Positions 36,812-46,531 of a stretch of 64,000 nucleotides of DNA are shown in pieces (the first letter of the stretch is position 1; each line of letters opens with the position of its first letter). The DNA lies in contig JACRMP010000015.1 of NCBI GenBank assembly GCA_016214885.1, positions 13,420-77,419 of the forward strand, read 5' to 3'. A model generated the notes under the pieces. It searched no databases and was not told the DNA's origin. It worked only from the letters and a program-made list of their open reading frames with translations. Made by a program: the position numbers and the translations under genes. This stretch comes from Candidatus Gottesmanbacteria bacterium. Its GTDB lineage: Bacteria; Patescibacteriota; Microgenomatia; UBA10105; UBA927.

Positions 36812-38460
36812 AGCGGAATGTGGGGGTATTATTTATTTTACTGTTAGGAGTACTGTCGGTTATTCCTCTTTTTTCCCCGGGATATTTTCCTATGCATGAT
36901 GACACCCAGGTCGCCCGTGTAATCGGAATGGGCAACGCACTCCGCGAAGGACAATTTCCGGTGCGTTGGGTGGCGGATTTGGGATACGGATACGGGTATC
37001 CGATATTTAATTTTTATGCTCCTTTACCTTACTATTTCGGGGGGCTCCTTTATGCACTGGGAGTGTCGTCGCTTGTTGCCACAAAAATAATGTTTGCCAT
37101 TGGGGTAATTGCTCCTGCAGTTATCCTGGGGCTGGTTATGGGATTTCCGGCAGGTGTACTCTCCGCAGCGCTGTATCTTCTGGCTCCGTATCATGCAGTA
37201 CAAATTTATGTCCGGGGGGCTGTCGGTGAATACTGGTCGCTTATGTTTTGGCCGCTGATAGCCGCGGCATTTATCGGGAGCGACACCGGGCGGGGGCAAA
37301 AGTTAAATTTGCTGCTGGGGGTTATTGGTATTAGCGGGGTAATACTGTCACATACGTTAATGGGATATGTTTCGGTGTTATTTTTGGCGGCTGTGGTTCT
37401 TATTACCTGGTTTACCCGACTGATACGGGGGAATTTTGTTGCCGCAGATTTTTTTTATCACGTTAAGACTATCGGTCTGGGGGTTGGGGCCGCTGCGTTT
37501 TTCTGGCTTCCGGCAATTGCCGAGATGGGGTATACCAGTGTGGCCGGGCAAGTGAGTGCTACCGCTCATTATGCCGACCATTTTGTGTGCATAAGTCAGT
37601 TATGGAGCTCATTGTGGGGGTTTGCCGGCTCGGCTCCCGGTTGCACCGATGGCATGTCGTTTATGTTGGGTAAAGCCCACCTTCTAGCAGGTGTTCTGGG
37701 TCTGGCAGCGTGGATTATGGTGCGGCCAAAAGAACACCGGGGGTTAGTCATTGCCGGCATCGGGAGTATTATCGTCGGCTTGTTTTTTGCAACAGAATAT
37801 TCCGCTTTTCTTTGGAGAATACTGCCCGGGTTTGCGTATCTGCAGTATCCATGGAGATTTTTGTCACTCGTTTCGTTCGGGTTTTCCATTATCGGAGGGA
37901 TTGCGGTGTATCATGCTCCCCGCGGCTTGATAAGGGCGGCCGTTGCAGCGGCACTAACCCTTTTTATTGTCTTCATGAACCTTAAATGGTTCACTCCGCA
38001 GTATATTGATAGCCGGAAAAGCACCGATTTTGAGGCTGTTTCCGACATGCGTTGGCGGGTATCCAAAATATCGGATGAATATCTTCCCCGCGACCTGGTC
38101 CGTCCGAAAGACGCTTCTGAGGTTGTTTTTGGTACAATAGATGAGTCCGATTCGCTTCTGGTAAGGACACTGAGTAAAACCGCTACCAGAGAGCATCTTT
38201 CAGTGATATCAGTGGTCGAAGACGTTGTGAAGATCAATAAAGCATATTTTCCGGGATGGCGTTATTTTGTAAACGGTAAGGAGGTTAAGCCCATCATAAC
38301 TAACGGACTGCCCGGTATAGCAATCGGCGTAGGGAAGTCGGAAATTGTAATGGTACTGACTGACACACCGGTACGTATTTTGGGTAACATCATATCGCTT
38401 TTATCAGTCATTATGGTGGGGATACCATTATATGGAAAACGAATCAAAACCAAGCGTTAA
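36808..38460 (+). CDS. YfhO-like GT-C membrane glycosyltransferase (group A, ~550 aa)
   Basis: N-terminal HDD...EGQFPVRW...GYGYP motif, ~12 TM. C-terminal AYFPGWRYFVNGKEV...TM module is shared with the long YfhO-like group B. Confidence 0.6.
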   Translation: MKRNVGVLFILLLGVLSVIPLFSPGYFPMHDDTQVARVIGMGNALREGQFPVRWVADLGYGYGYPIFNFYAPLPYYFGGLLYALGVSSLVATKIMFAIGVIAPAVILGLVMGFPAGVLSAALYLLAPYHAVQIYVRGAVGEYWSLMFWPLIAAAFIGSDTGRGQKLNLLLGVIGISGVILSHTLMGYVSVLFLAAVVLITWFTRLIRGNFVAADFFYHVKTIGLGVGAAAFFWLPAIAEMGYTSVAGQVSATAHYADHFVCISQLWSSLWGFAGSAPGCTDGMSFMLGKAHLLAGVLGLAAWIMVRPKEHRGLVIAGIGSIIVGLFFATEYSAFLWRILPGFAYLQYPWRFLSLVSFGFSIIGGIAVYHAPRGLIRAAVAAALTLFIVFMNLKWFTPQYIDSRKSTDFEAVSDMRWRVSKISDEYLPRDLVRPKDASEVVFGTIDESDSLLVRTLSKTATREHLSVISVVEDVVKINKAYFPGWRYFVNGKEVKPIITNGLPGIAIGVGKSEIVMVLTDTPVRILGNIISLLSVIMVGIPLYGKRIKTKR

Positions 38461-39181
38461 TATCGTGCTGCCGGTGTATAACGAGTCGGCAGAGTTACGG
38501 GGCAGTGTAACCACTCTCGTAAGGTTTTTAACGAAAAATCTTACGGATTTTTCGTGGCATATCACCATTGCCGATAATGCCAGCACAGACGATACGCTCA
38601 AAATCGGCAGGGATTTAAGCCGCACATACTCAAGGGTTTCCGTCGAGCACTTGTCTCAAAAAGGACGGGGAAGAGCTGTTAAGCATGTATGGAGAAAAGG
38701 CACGTATGACTATTTGGCATACATGGATATCGATCTTTCGACGGACCTTAAGCATTTTCCTCCGCTGCTTCATGCACTTGAGCGTGGCCTGGATATGGCC
38801 ATTGGCAGCAGGAATACCCGGGGATCCCGCGTATCCGGAAGGAGTGCCCTGCGTTCAGTTACTTCAAAGGGGTATATAAGTCTTATAAAGTTGTTTTTCT
38901 GGGTTCATTTTACCGACGCACAATGCGGGTTTAAGGCAGTAACCAGGAAGGTCGTTACCGATCTTATGCCGCACATTAAGGATAACGAGTGGTTTTTTGA
39001 CAGTGAACTTTTGATCGTCGGGGAAAAGAGCGGGTTTAGAATTTACGAGGAGCCGGTAACGTGGATCGATAACCCCGGTTCAACGGTGAGGGTTATGCGG
39101 ACAGCATTGGGAGATCTGAAGGGTCTATGGCGGTTGTTTGTAACCCGACCATGGAGAAAGATCGAGTATGCCAGACATTGA
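38432..39181 (+). CDS. GT2 polyprenyl-phosphate glycosyltransferase (DPM1/GtrB-like)
   Basis: VLPVYNES, ADNASTDDT, DIDLSTD, QCGFKAV motifs. Confidence 0.8.
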   Translation: MENESKPSVNIVLPVYNESAELRGSVTTLVRFLTKNLTDFSWHITIADNASTDDTLKIGRDLSRTYSRVSVEHLSQKGRGRAVKHVWRKGTYDYLAYMDIDLSTDLKHFPPLLHALERGLDMAIGSRNTRGSRVSGRSALRSVTSKGYISLIKLFFWVHFTDAQCGFKAVTRKVVTDLMPHIKDNEWFFDSELLIVGEKSGFRIYEEPVTWIDNPGSTVRVMRTALGDLKGLWRLFVTRPWRKIEYARH

Positions 39182-40619
39182 TATAGAGCTTATCAAGCGC
39201 CGGTCGGTGGTTGGTGTTGTGGCGCTCACCGCAAGAACGTTTTTGCTTCAGATTGTGGCGTTTGCCGCAACCTTCCTCCTTACGTTGTTTTTGTCTCCCG
39301 ATATATTCGGTGTTTTTTACGTAATATCCGCGATTATTTCTTTTTTGGCATACTTTTCCGATATCGGACTGGCCGCCGCATTAGTGCAGAAAAAAGAAGA
39401 AGTAACGCGTGAGGATCTGAGTACTACGTTCATCATCCAGCAGGCGTTGGTGATAACGCTTGTACTTATAAGTCTTATTTTTTCCGGGTATATTGCATCA
39501 TTTTACCGGCTGGATGAAGCTGGTGTGTGGCTTTTCCGGGCGCTCGCAGTGTCGTTTTTCTTTTCAAGCCTTAAGACAATTCCTTCGGTACTTCTGGAGC
39601 GCAGGCTTGCATTTGACCGTCTGGTGATCCCGCATATTGTGGAGACGCTGGGGTTTTATGGTGTTGCGGTATACCTTGCCTGGAAAGGCTTCGGTATCAC
39701 GAGTTTTACGTGGGCCGTGCTCATCCGCGGCATATTGGGGCTTATTACCATGTATATGGTGGAGCCATGGGTGCCGACGTTTGCTTTATCAAGGGAGAGC
39801 GCAAGAAAGCTTATGCGGTTCGGTCTGCCGTTCCAGATGAATTCATTTTTAGCCCTTCTTAAAGATGATCTGCTCACGGTATTTTTAGGCAGGGTGCTGC
39901 CGTTTGCACATGTCGGATATATCGGTTGGGCAAAAAAATGGGCAGAGGTGCCCCTTAGGCTTATCATGGATTCCGTGATCCGGGTGACTTTCCCGGCATA
40001 TTCACGTCTCCAACATGATAAGAAGCTGCTTGAGAAAGCCATAGATAAAACAATGTTCGGATTGTCCGCTGCGATTTTGCCCATATCAACCGGGTTGCTG
40101 TTCTTTGTTCATCCCATGGTGGAGCTTATTCCCAAGTACGCAAAATGGGAGCCCGCGTTGGTCTCGTTTTACCTGTTTGTATTTTCTTCGGCAATCGCTG
40201 CGTTATCAACACCTTTAATGAACGCCTTAAATGCCGTGGGCAATATCCGCACCACGTTAAAATTTATGGTGGGCTGGACAATATTCACCTGGGCATTTAC
40301 GCTGCTGTTCATGCAGTTTTTCGGCTATAACGGGGTAGCCCTTGCCCTCCTTGTCGTATCGCTGTCCATAACGCTGGTTATCAGGGAGGCAAAAAAGATA
40401 ACAGGGTTTTCGTTTATTGATAATACAAAAGGACCGGTTGCAGCAGCGGTAATTCAGGGGATTTTTTACTGGCAGCTGCTTCCTGCAGTCCCGCATACAT
40501 TTCCTGTTCTTTTGGTGAGCGGGATAAGCGGGGTTATACTATACGGGGGGGTTATGGGTATGCTGGAGAAAAACAGAATTAACGCGTTTATCAGCACCAT
40601 AAGAAGGAGTACACAATGA
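39168..40619 (+). CDS. wzx: Wzx-type MOP/PST-family oligosaccharide flippase
   Basis: 483 aa, ~12-14 TM, with a PST-family N-terminal pattern. Confidence 0.75.
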   Translation: MPDIDIELIKRRSVVGVVALTARTFLLQIVAFAATFLLTLFLSPDIFGVFYVISAIISFLAYFSDIGLAAALVQKKEEVTREDLSTTFIIQQALVITLVLISLIFSGYIASFYRLDEAGVWLFRALAVSFFFSSLKTIPSVLLERRLAFDRLVIPHIVETLGFYGVAVYLAWKGFGITSFTWAVLIRGILGLITMYMVEPWVPTFALSRESARKLMRFGLPFQMNSFLALLKDDLLTVFLGRVLPFAHVGYIGWAKKWAEVPLRLIMDSVIRVTFPAYSRLQHDKKLLEKAIDKTMFGLSAAILPISTGLLFFVHPMVELIPKYAKWEPALVSFYLFVFSSAIAALSTPLMNALNAVGNIRTTLKFMVGWTIFTWAFTLLFMQFFGYNGVALALLVVSLSITLVIREAKKITGFSFIDNTKGPVAAAVIQGIFYWQLLPAVPHTFPVLLVSGISGVILYGGVMGMLEKNRINAFISTIRRSTQ

Positions 40620-41521
40620 ATATAAGTGTTGTTATCAGTACCTACAACAGAGCTGACAGTCTGGCAAGAACGCTTGCCTCCCTGCGTCCGCTGGATCCTG
40701 AAATAATTGTTATTGATAACGAGTCTTCTGATGCAACTTCCGAAGTGGCGAAGCGATACCACGCCAAAGTGTTTAAGCGGCCGAATAATCTGATGCTTAA
40801 TGTGAACAAAAACTTCGGTTTTTCCAAAGCTACCGGCGACTGGATTCTTTGTTTGGATGACGACGAAGAACTGACCCCTGAGTTAGCACGCGAGATAAAG
40901 GATGCAATAAAGACCGACAGGGTTGCAGGATTCTGGATTCCGAGGAAAAACATCATCTTCGGCAAGTGGATGAAGTATGGCATTTGGTGGCCGGACCGGC
41001 AGCTTCGGCTTTTCCGTCGCGGGGAAGGCAAGTATGCGGAAAAGCATGTCCATGAGTATGTTGAGGTAGCCGGTATGACCGAAACGCTTACCAGCGCGTA
41101 TACCCACCATAACTACGATTCTATCAGTCAGTATCTCAACAAAATGCAGAACATATACACGGAAAACGAATTAAAGAAATACGAAGCCGCAGGCTATCGG
41201 GTGAGCTGGCGTGATGCGGTACGGTTTCCGGTTTCTGATTTTCTGAAGCTATATTTCGCGCAGAGTGGTTACAAGGATGGTTTGCACGGGTTGGTACTGG
41301 CTATGTTGCAGGCGTTTTATTCGTTCGTAATTTTTGTAAAACTCTGGGAGAAAGAAAAATTCCGCGAGATAGATATCTACCCTGATCACGCAATGGGGGA
41401 ATTCGCTCATTCCGGCAAAGAGATTTCGTATTGGATAACTACAACAAAAATCCGCGAAGCAACAAACCCGCTTGCTAAGTGGTGGTATACGATTATCCGT
41501 AAAGTGCTCAATACACCATGA
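40616..41521 (+). CDS. GT2 family glycosyltransferase
   Basis: VVISTYNRADSL, IDNESSD, and LCLDDDE DxD motif, with an ATGA-type start overlap. Confidence 0.8.
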   Translation: MNISVVISTYNRADSLARTLASLRPLDPEIIVIDNESSDATSEVAKRYHAKVFKRPNNLMLNVNKNFGFSKATGDWILCLDDDEELTPELAREIKDAIKTDRVAGFWIPRKNIIFGKWMKYGIWWPDRQLRLFRRGEGKYAEKHVHEYVEVAGMTETLTSAYTHHNYDSISQYLNKMQNIYTENELKKYEAAGYRVSWRDAVRFPVSDFLKLYFAQSGYKDGLHGLVLAMLQAFYSFVIFVKLWEKEKFREIDIYPDHAMGEFAHSGKEISYWITTTKIREATNPLAKWWYTIIRKVLNTP

Positions 41522-42438
41522 CAAACGTCGCGATAGTTATCGTAAATTGGAACGGGTATGCCGATACCTCGGCGAGCCTCGCGTCGCTTCTTAAACTGAA
41601 TAAACGGGGAATGAATGTGGAAACTATCGTTGTTGATAACGGTTCCACCAACGGCTCTGTGGCGATATTATCTAAAGCGCACCCGTGGGTTACTCTCTTG
41701 CGCCTGGATGAAAACTTGGGATTTACGGGAGGAAATAATACAGGGATAACCTATGCGATGAAGCGCGGTGCAGACTACATCTGGCTTATTAATAACGATA
41801 CGATTGTTGATCCCGGCGCGTTAAGTCTCGTAGATGCATTTGAGGATCCTGCCGTCGGTATTGCCGGTTCTAAGATTTATTTTGCACCAGGACATGAATA
41901 TCATAGCGACCGGTATAAAAAAAACGAGCGAGGACGTGTGTTTTGGTTTGCCGGAGGGCTCATTGACTGGGCAAATATATATGCATCACATCGCGGGGTA
42001 GATGAGGTTGACCGGGGGCAATACGATGAGGCGATGGATACCCCATTTGTGACGGGTTGTTCGATGATGATTAAAAGGAGCGTTGTGGAAAAAATCGGCC
42101 TACTGGATAACAAGTTTTATCTGTATCTTGAGGACTTGGATTATTGCCTTAGGGCAAATGCCAAAGGCTTCCGGCTCCGTTATTTCCCCAAGTCGGTGAT
42201 TTGGCATGTAAATGCGGGTTCATCAGGAGGAGCGGGAAGTCCGTTACATGACTATTACATCACCAGGAATAGATTATTGGTCGGGATGCGGTATGCATCG
42301 TTCAGAACTAAAATAGCGCTTCTGCGTGAAGGAATCACATTTTTAAAAAGTGGCAATCGGGAGAAGAAAAAAGCAGTGTCAGATTTTATATGGGGCCGGT
42401 GGGGGAAACAATATGAGTCCAAAAAAACAAACGCTTAG
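41518..42438 (+). CDS. GT2 family glycosyltransferase (WbbL/rhamnosyltransferase-like)
   Basis: IVIVNWNG, VVDNGSTNGS, GGNNTG, and C-terminal CSMMIKRSV...YLEDLDYC. Confidence 0.8.
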   Translation: MTNVAIVIVNWNGYADTSASLASLLKLNKRGMNVETIVVDNGSTNGSVAILSKAHPWVTLLRLDENLGFTGGNNTGITYAMKRGADYIWLINNDTIVDPGALSLVDAFEDPAVGIAGSKIYFAPGHEYHSDRYKKNERGRVFWFAGGLIDWANIYASHRGVDEVDRGQYDEAMDTPFVTGCSMMIKRSVVEKIGLLDNKFYLYLEDLDYCLRANAKGFRLRYFPKSVIWHVNAGSSGGAGSPLHDYYITRNRLLVGMRYASFRTKIALLREGITFLKSGNREKKKAVSDFIWGRWGKQYESKKTNA

Positions 42439-43174
42439 CGCTGTAGTCATCGCAAAGAACGAAGAACCGCGTATTGCCAAGTGCATTGCGGCGCTCACGT
42501 TTGCCGATGAAATAATTGTCGTTGATAACAGCTCGACAGATAAGACCGCAGCTCTTGCCAAAAAAGCAGGCGCGGTCGTGAAGCTATTGAAAGCTGACGG
42601 GTTTGCGAAGATCCGTAATACCGCGGCGGAATATATTTCTACCGATTGGGTGCTCTATGTGGATGCGGACGAGGTGGTGACATCGCGACTTGCTTCAGAA
42701 ATTTCCCGCGTAATAAATATTAAGGGAAGTGAGACGGGATTTGAGATATACAGAAAAAATTACTATCTGGGAGAGCCCTGGCCAGCCGGAGAATGGATGC
42801 TCCGGTTATTCCGTAAAGATGCGCTTGTCGGTTGGCAGGGGGAACTCCATGAAACTGCAGTAATAAAGGGTCCGGTGGGGAGGATAAAGGGTGAACTTCT
42901 CCATGATACCCATAGAACTTTAGCCGGAATGGTGGAGAAAACAAACGAATGGAGCGAAACAGAAGCAGCGCTCCGGTTTGCCGCGCGTCACCCGCCGATT
43001 ACCTGGTGGCGGATAATCCGGGTGACACTCACCGGGTTTTGGAATTCGTATATCGGACAGCAGGGATTCCGGGCAGGAACAGTAGGTTGGATAGAGAGCA
43101 TCTACCAGGGGTTCAGTCTGTTTATTACCTACGCAAAATTGTGGGAATTACAGCAAAGACGACCGCATGAATAA
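42413..43174 (+). CDS. GT2 family glycosyltransferase
   Basis: LSAVVIAKNEE, VVDNSSTDKT, YVDADE. Confidence 0.75.
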   Translation: MSPKKQTLSAVVIAKNEEPRIAKCIAALTFADEIIVVDNSSTDKTAALAKKAGAVVKLLKADGFAKIRNTAAEYISTDWVLYVDADEVVTSRLASEISRVINIKGSETGFEIYRKNYYLGEPWPAGEWMLRLFRKDALVGWQGELHETAVIKGPVGRIKGELLHDTHRTLAGMVEKTNEWSETEAALRFAARHPPITWWRIIRVTLTGFWNSYIGQQGFRAGTVGWIESIYQGFSLFITYAKLWELQQRRPHE

Positions 43175-45479
43175 ATTATTTTTACGATTTTGGCCGGTTG
43201 GAATCATTCTTGTACTGTGGCTTATGTTCAGTGCTCCGTATGTAATCCGCGGGCATATTCCTTTTCCGTCTACCTATCTTGTTACCTTTTTTACCCCGTG
43301 GGCAGCAACCCATGGCATGCCGGTCAAAAATAACGCAATGCCTGATGTTATCACGCAAATTTATCCCTGGAAGCGCGTGACCATAGATGCATGGAAAAAC
43401 GGTGAAATCCCGTTGTGGAACCCATATAGCTTCTCCGGAACAAGTCATGTCGGCACGTATCAGAGCGCAGTATTTTCTCCAGTTAATGCATTATTTTTGT
43501 GGCTTCCGGAGAAAGATGCATGGAGTATTATGATACTTCTGCAGCCGCTGCTTGCCGGAATATTTATGTACGGATATCTGCGGCTACTTTCTGTTAGCCG
43601 TACCAGCGCAGTTGTAGGATCTACAGCGTTTATGTTCTGCGGGTTTATGACCGTGTGGCTGGCGTACGGCACCCTCTCCTACGCGGTACTGTATTTGCCG
43701 CTTATCCTTTATGGAATCCACCGGTATATGACGGAAGAAGTCCGCATGGGAGGAATAGTTGCCGCGGCAGGGCTGATGCTTTCGTTTGTGTCGGGGCATT
43801 TCCAGATGAGTGCGTACGTCCTGTTGTTTAGCGTAAGTTACGCGTTGTACCTCGGGTTGCGGGCAGGAAATAGCCGCAGGCTTTTGTGGATGCTGCTGCC
43901 GCTCCTCTGCGGAGTAGGTTTGGCAGCTCCCCAGCTTTTCCCCGGCTTTATGGCATACAAAGAAGCAGTGAGGAGTAGCTTGTTCCTCAAGGGTGAGGTG
44001 ATTCCCTGGCAGTATATCGTTACGCTGTTTTCTCCCGATTTTTACGGCAATCCGGTGACAAGAAACGATTGGTTCGGGCATTATGCCGAATGGGCAGGCT
44101 ATGTAGGAGTGGCACCATTGTTACTTGCGGCTTTCGCGCTTATAGGTAAAGGGAAAAAATATCCCGCCGTTTTTTTTGCAGCTGCAGCGGGGGTAATCCT
44201 GCTTTTCGCATTCCAAACTCCTTTAGTTGATCTGTTATTTGCATTAAAGATACCCGTTTTATCGACCAGTTCGGCTTCACGGATTATCGTCCTTTTAAGT
44301 TTTTCGCTTGCTGTACTTTCGGCTATTGGTCTTGATGAGTTGGTAGTCCGGTGGGATAAACGTGAATTCACCTCCGTCCGCCGCTGGTTGATTGGCACTG
44401 GCATTATCCTTGTCGTGATTTGGTCAGTGGTAGTACTGGTGAAGCCTTTGCCTACGGATAAGCTTACCGTGGCAGTAAGAAATACGATACTTCCTACCTT
44501 ATTTGCTGTAGCGAGTTTGGCTGTTGCAGGATTAGGTATGTATCTGCCAAAAAAAATCCGGAGCGTACTCCCTTTTGTGCTTGTGCTGATTACCGGAATA
44601 GATATGTACAGGTTTTCATCAAAATGGATGCCGTTTGATCCTGCTGAATTTGTGTATCCCACTATTCCCGTTATCGGGAAACTGCAGTCGCTTGTTGCCG
44701 TTACCAGGGGAAGGGTTTTCGGAAATATCGGAAACGAACTAGGATCTGCGTTCGGTATTCCGCTTATCGAGGGATATGATGCCGTATATCAATACCGTTA
44801 TGGCAGATTTATGTCTGCGGCAAGCAACGGCACAATCCGGGGGGTAGACCGGTCGGTTGTCGTGTTCGATAAACACGGCCAGTATACCGAGGACATTCTG
44901 CAGCTCTTGGGTGTGCGGTATTATGCCCATAAAAAAAGTGACGGCAGATTCCCTTGGGCATATCCGTTTTGGGAATACCCGCAGTATCAGCGGATTTGGG
45001 AAGATGAACATTTTGAGATATTGGAAAATGCCGAAAGCTTTCCGCGAGCATTTCTTGCTTCCTCCTATGTAGTAAAAACTGAAGAGCAGGAAATACTGAA
45101 TGCATTGTTTGAAGACACGCTGGACAGACGGGAAACACTTGTTCTGGAAAAGAAGCCAAAACTGGAACCGCAGTCAGGGATGGGTACCGCAACCATATCA
45201 TCCTACCGGCCGGCGGAAGTTGTGATAGACGTTGCGACAGAGAAGCCGAAATTATTATTTCTTTCCGACGTATACGATGAAGGATGGAGGGCATCTGTTG
45301 ATGGCAGGGAAACGGAGATTTACAGGGCAGATTTTGATTTTCGCGCCGTCGCAGTACCGGAAGGATCCCATACCGTCCGTATGTGGTATGCCCCGCTCAG
45401 TATTTATTGGGGATATGCAGGTACGGGATTTGCTACACTGGGATTAGTGCTATTCATGGTATGGAAACGAAAAAAATGA
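43167..45479 (+). CDS. YfhO-family GT-C membrane glycosyltransferase (group B, 770 aa)
   Basis: N-terminal IPFP...PW...IPLWNPYSFSGT motif, ~14 TM, a large C-terminal extracytoplasmic domain ending DEGWRASVDGRETEIYRADFDFRAVAVPEGSHTV, then a TM helix. Confidence 0.65.
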   Translation: MNKLFLRFWPVGIILVLWLMFSAPYVIRGHIPFPSTYLVTFFTPWAATHGMPVKNNAMPDVITQIYPWKRVTIDAWKNGEIPLWNPYSFSGTSHVGTYQSAVFSPVNALFLWLPEKDAWSIMILLQPLLAGIFMYGYLRLLSVSRTSAVVGSTAFMFCGFMTVWLAYGTLSYAVLYLPLILYGIHRYMTEEVRMGGIVAAAGLMLSFVSGHFQMSAYVLLFSVSYALYLGLRAGNSRRLLWMLLPLLCGVGLAAPQLFPGFMAYKEAVRSSLFLKGEVIPWQYIVTLFSPDFYGNPVTRNDWFGHYAEWAGYVGVAPLLLAAFALIGKGKKYPAVFFAAAAGVILLFAFQTPLVDLLFALKIPVLSTSSASRIIVLLSFSLAVLSAIGLDELVVRWDKREFTSVRRWLIGTGIILVVIWSVVVLVKPLPTDKLTVAVRNTILPTLFAVASLAVAGLGMYLPKKIRSVLPFVLVLITGIDMYRFSSKWMPFDPAEFVYPTIPVIGKLQSLVAVTRGRVFGNIGNELGSAFGIPLIEGYDAVYQYRYGRFMSAASNGTIRGVDRSVVVFDKHGQYTEDILQLLGVRYYAHKKSDGRFPWAYPFWEYPQYQRIWEDEHFEILENAESFPRAFLASSYVVKTEEQEILNALFEDTLDRRETLVLEKKPKLEPQSGMGTATISSYRPAEVVIDVATEKPKLLFLSDVYDEGWRASVDGRETEIYRADFDFRAVAVPEGSHTVRMWYAPLSIYWGYAGTGFATLGLVLFMVWKRKK

Positions 45480-46528
45480 AAATTGGTTTTTATAACCCAT
45501 ATTTTGACGGAATGGGCGGCGGCGAACGGTATACCCTCACACTTGCGGGGCATTGGTCGCAACCCCACGACGTTGTTTTGTTCTGGGACGATCCGAAAAT
45601 TATCAGCAAGTCAGAAAAGCGCTTTGGTCTGGATTTAAGCCGTGTTCGGGTGACGCCGAATATATTTAAGAATGCCAATATTTTTGAGAAGTTGTGGCAG
45701 TCCAGAAAATATGATTTGATTTTTTTTCTGAGTGACGGCAGCATACCTGCGACCATGGCTAAGCATAACATTCTTCATTTCCAGGTGCCGTTTGCATCGG
45801 TGTTAGCCGACCCTTGGAAGTTAAAGCGCTATGATGCAGTGGTTTGTAATTCGGAATTTACGAAAAATGAATTGGATCCTCAGGTAGGTATGAATGCGGT
45901 GGTGATATATCCACCGGTTCAGCGGATTCCCGCCGGAAGGAACGTAGAACGGAATAATCAAATTCTTTCAGTCGGCAGATTTACCGGTCATTTTCAGGCA
46001 AAAAAACAGGAAGTGCTTATTTCGGCATTCCGTGAGGGGTATCAAAGCGGCGCGCTCAGGGACTGGGAATTGGTATTGGCAGGCGGGCTACTTGCTTCCG
46101 ATCAGGAGTATTTCGAAAAACTTTCGCGGCTTGTAACAGGTATTCCTGTCCGCCTTATGGCGAATATTACTAATGATGAGCTGATAGCCCTGTATCAGAC
46201 AAGCAGAGTTTACTGGCACGCTGCCGGGTACGGGGAAACAGATCCTGCCAATATGGAACATTTCGGTATTACGACCGCCGAAGCGATGGGGGCAGGGGTA
46301 GTCCCGGTGGTGTATGGTGCAGGCGGGCAGTTGGAAATCGTTACTGACAATATAAACGGTATGATCTGGCAAACCCCAAATGAACTGATTGAAAAAACAA
46401 AGATACTAGGGGAAGACAAGAAACTCTATGAAAAATTAGTGAGTGGTGGACGGGTGAGATCCGATGACTTCAGTGTCACCGAGTTTACGCGTGCCTTTGA
46501 TGTGTTGATTGCCGGTTGGGGGAAATAG
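45476..46528 (+). CDS. GT4 family glycosyltransferase
   Basis: GT-B fold with EX7E-type C-terminal motif (FGITTAEAMGAGVVPV). ATGA-coupled to the upstream gene. Confidence 0.75.
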   Translation: MKIGFYNPYFDGMGGGERYTLTLAGHWSQPHDVVLFWDDPKIISKSEKRFGLDLSRVRVTPNIFKNANIFEKLWQSRKYDLIFFLSDGSIPATMAKHNILHFQVPFASVLADPWKLKRYDAVVCNSEFTKNELDPQVGMNAVVIYPPVQRIPAGRNVERNNQILSVGRFTGHFQAKKQEVLISAFREGYQSGALRDWELVLAGGLLASDQEYFEKLSRLVTGIPVRLMANITNDELIALYQTSRVYWHAAGYGETDPANMEHFGITTAEAMGAGVVPVVYGAGGQLEIVTDNINGMIWQTPNELIEKTKILGEDKKLYEKLVSGGRVRSDDFSVTEFTRAFDVLIAGWGK

Positions 46529-46531
46529 GGT

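Noticed and set aside
43182-44662. Antisense and out-of-frame ORFs inside the large glycosyltransferase genes (for example 43584-44081 minus, 44099-44662 minus, 47509-48078 minus, 26653-27597 minus)
   Set aside because: They lie entirely within long, family-recognisable genes on the opposite strand or in another frame. They are low-complexity and have no start-site signals, so they are treated as spurious.
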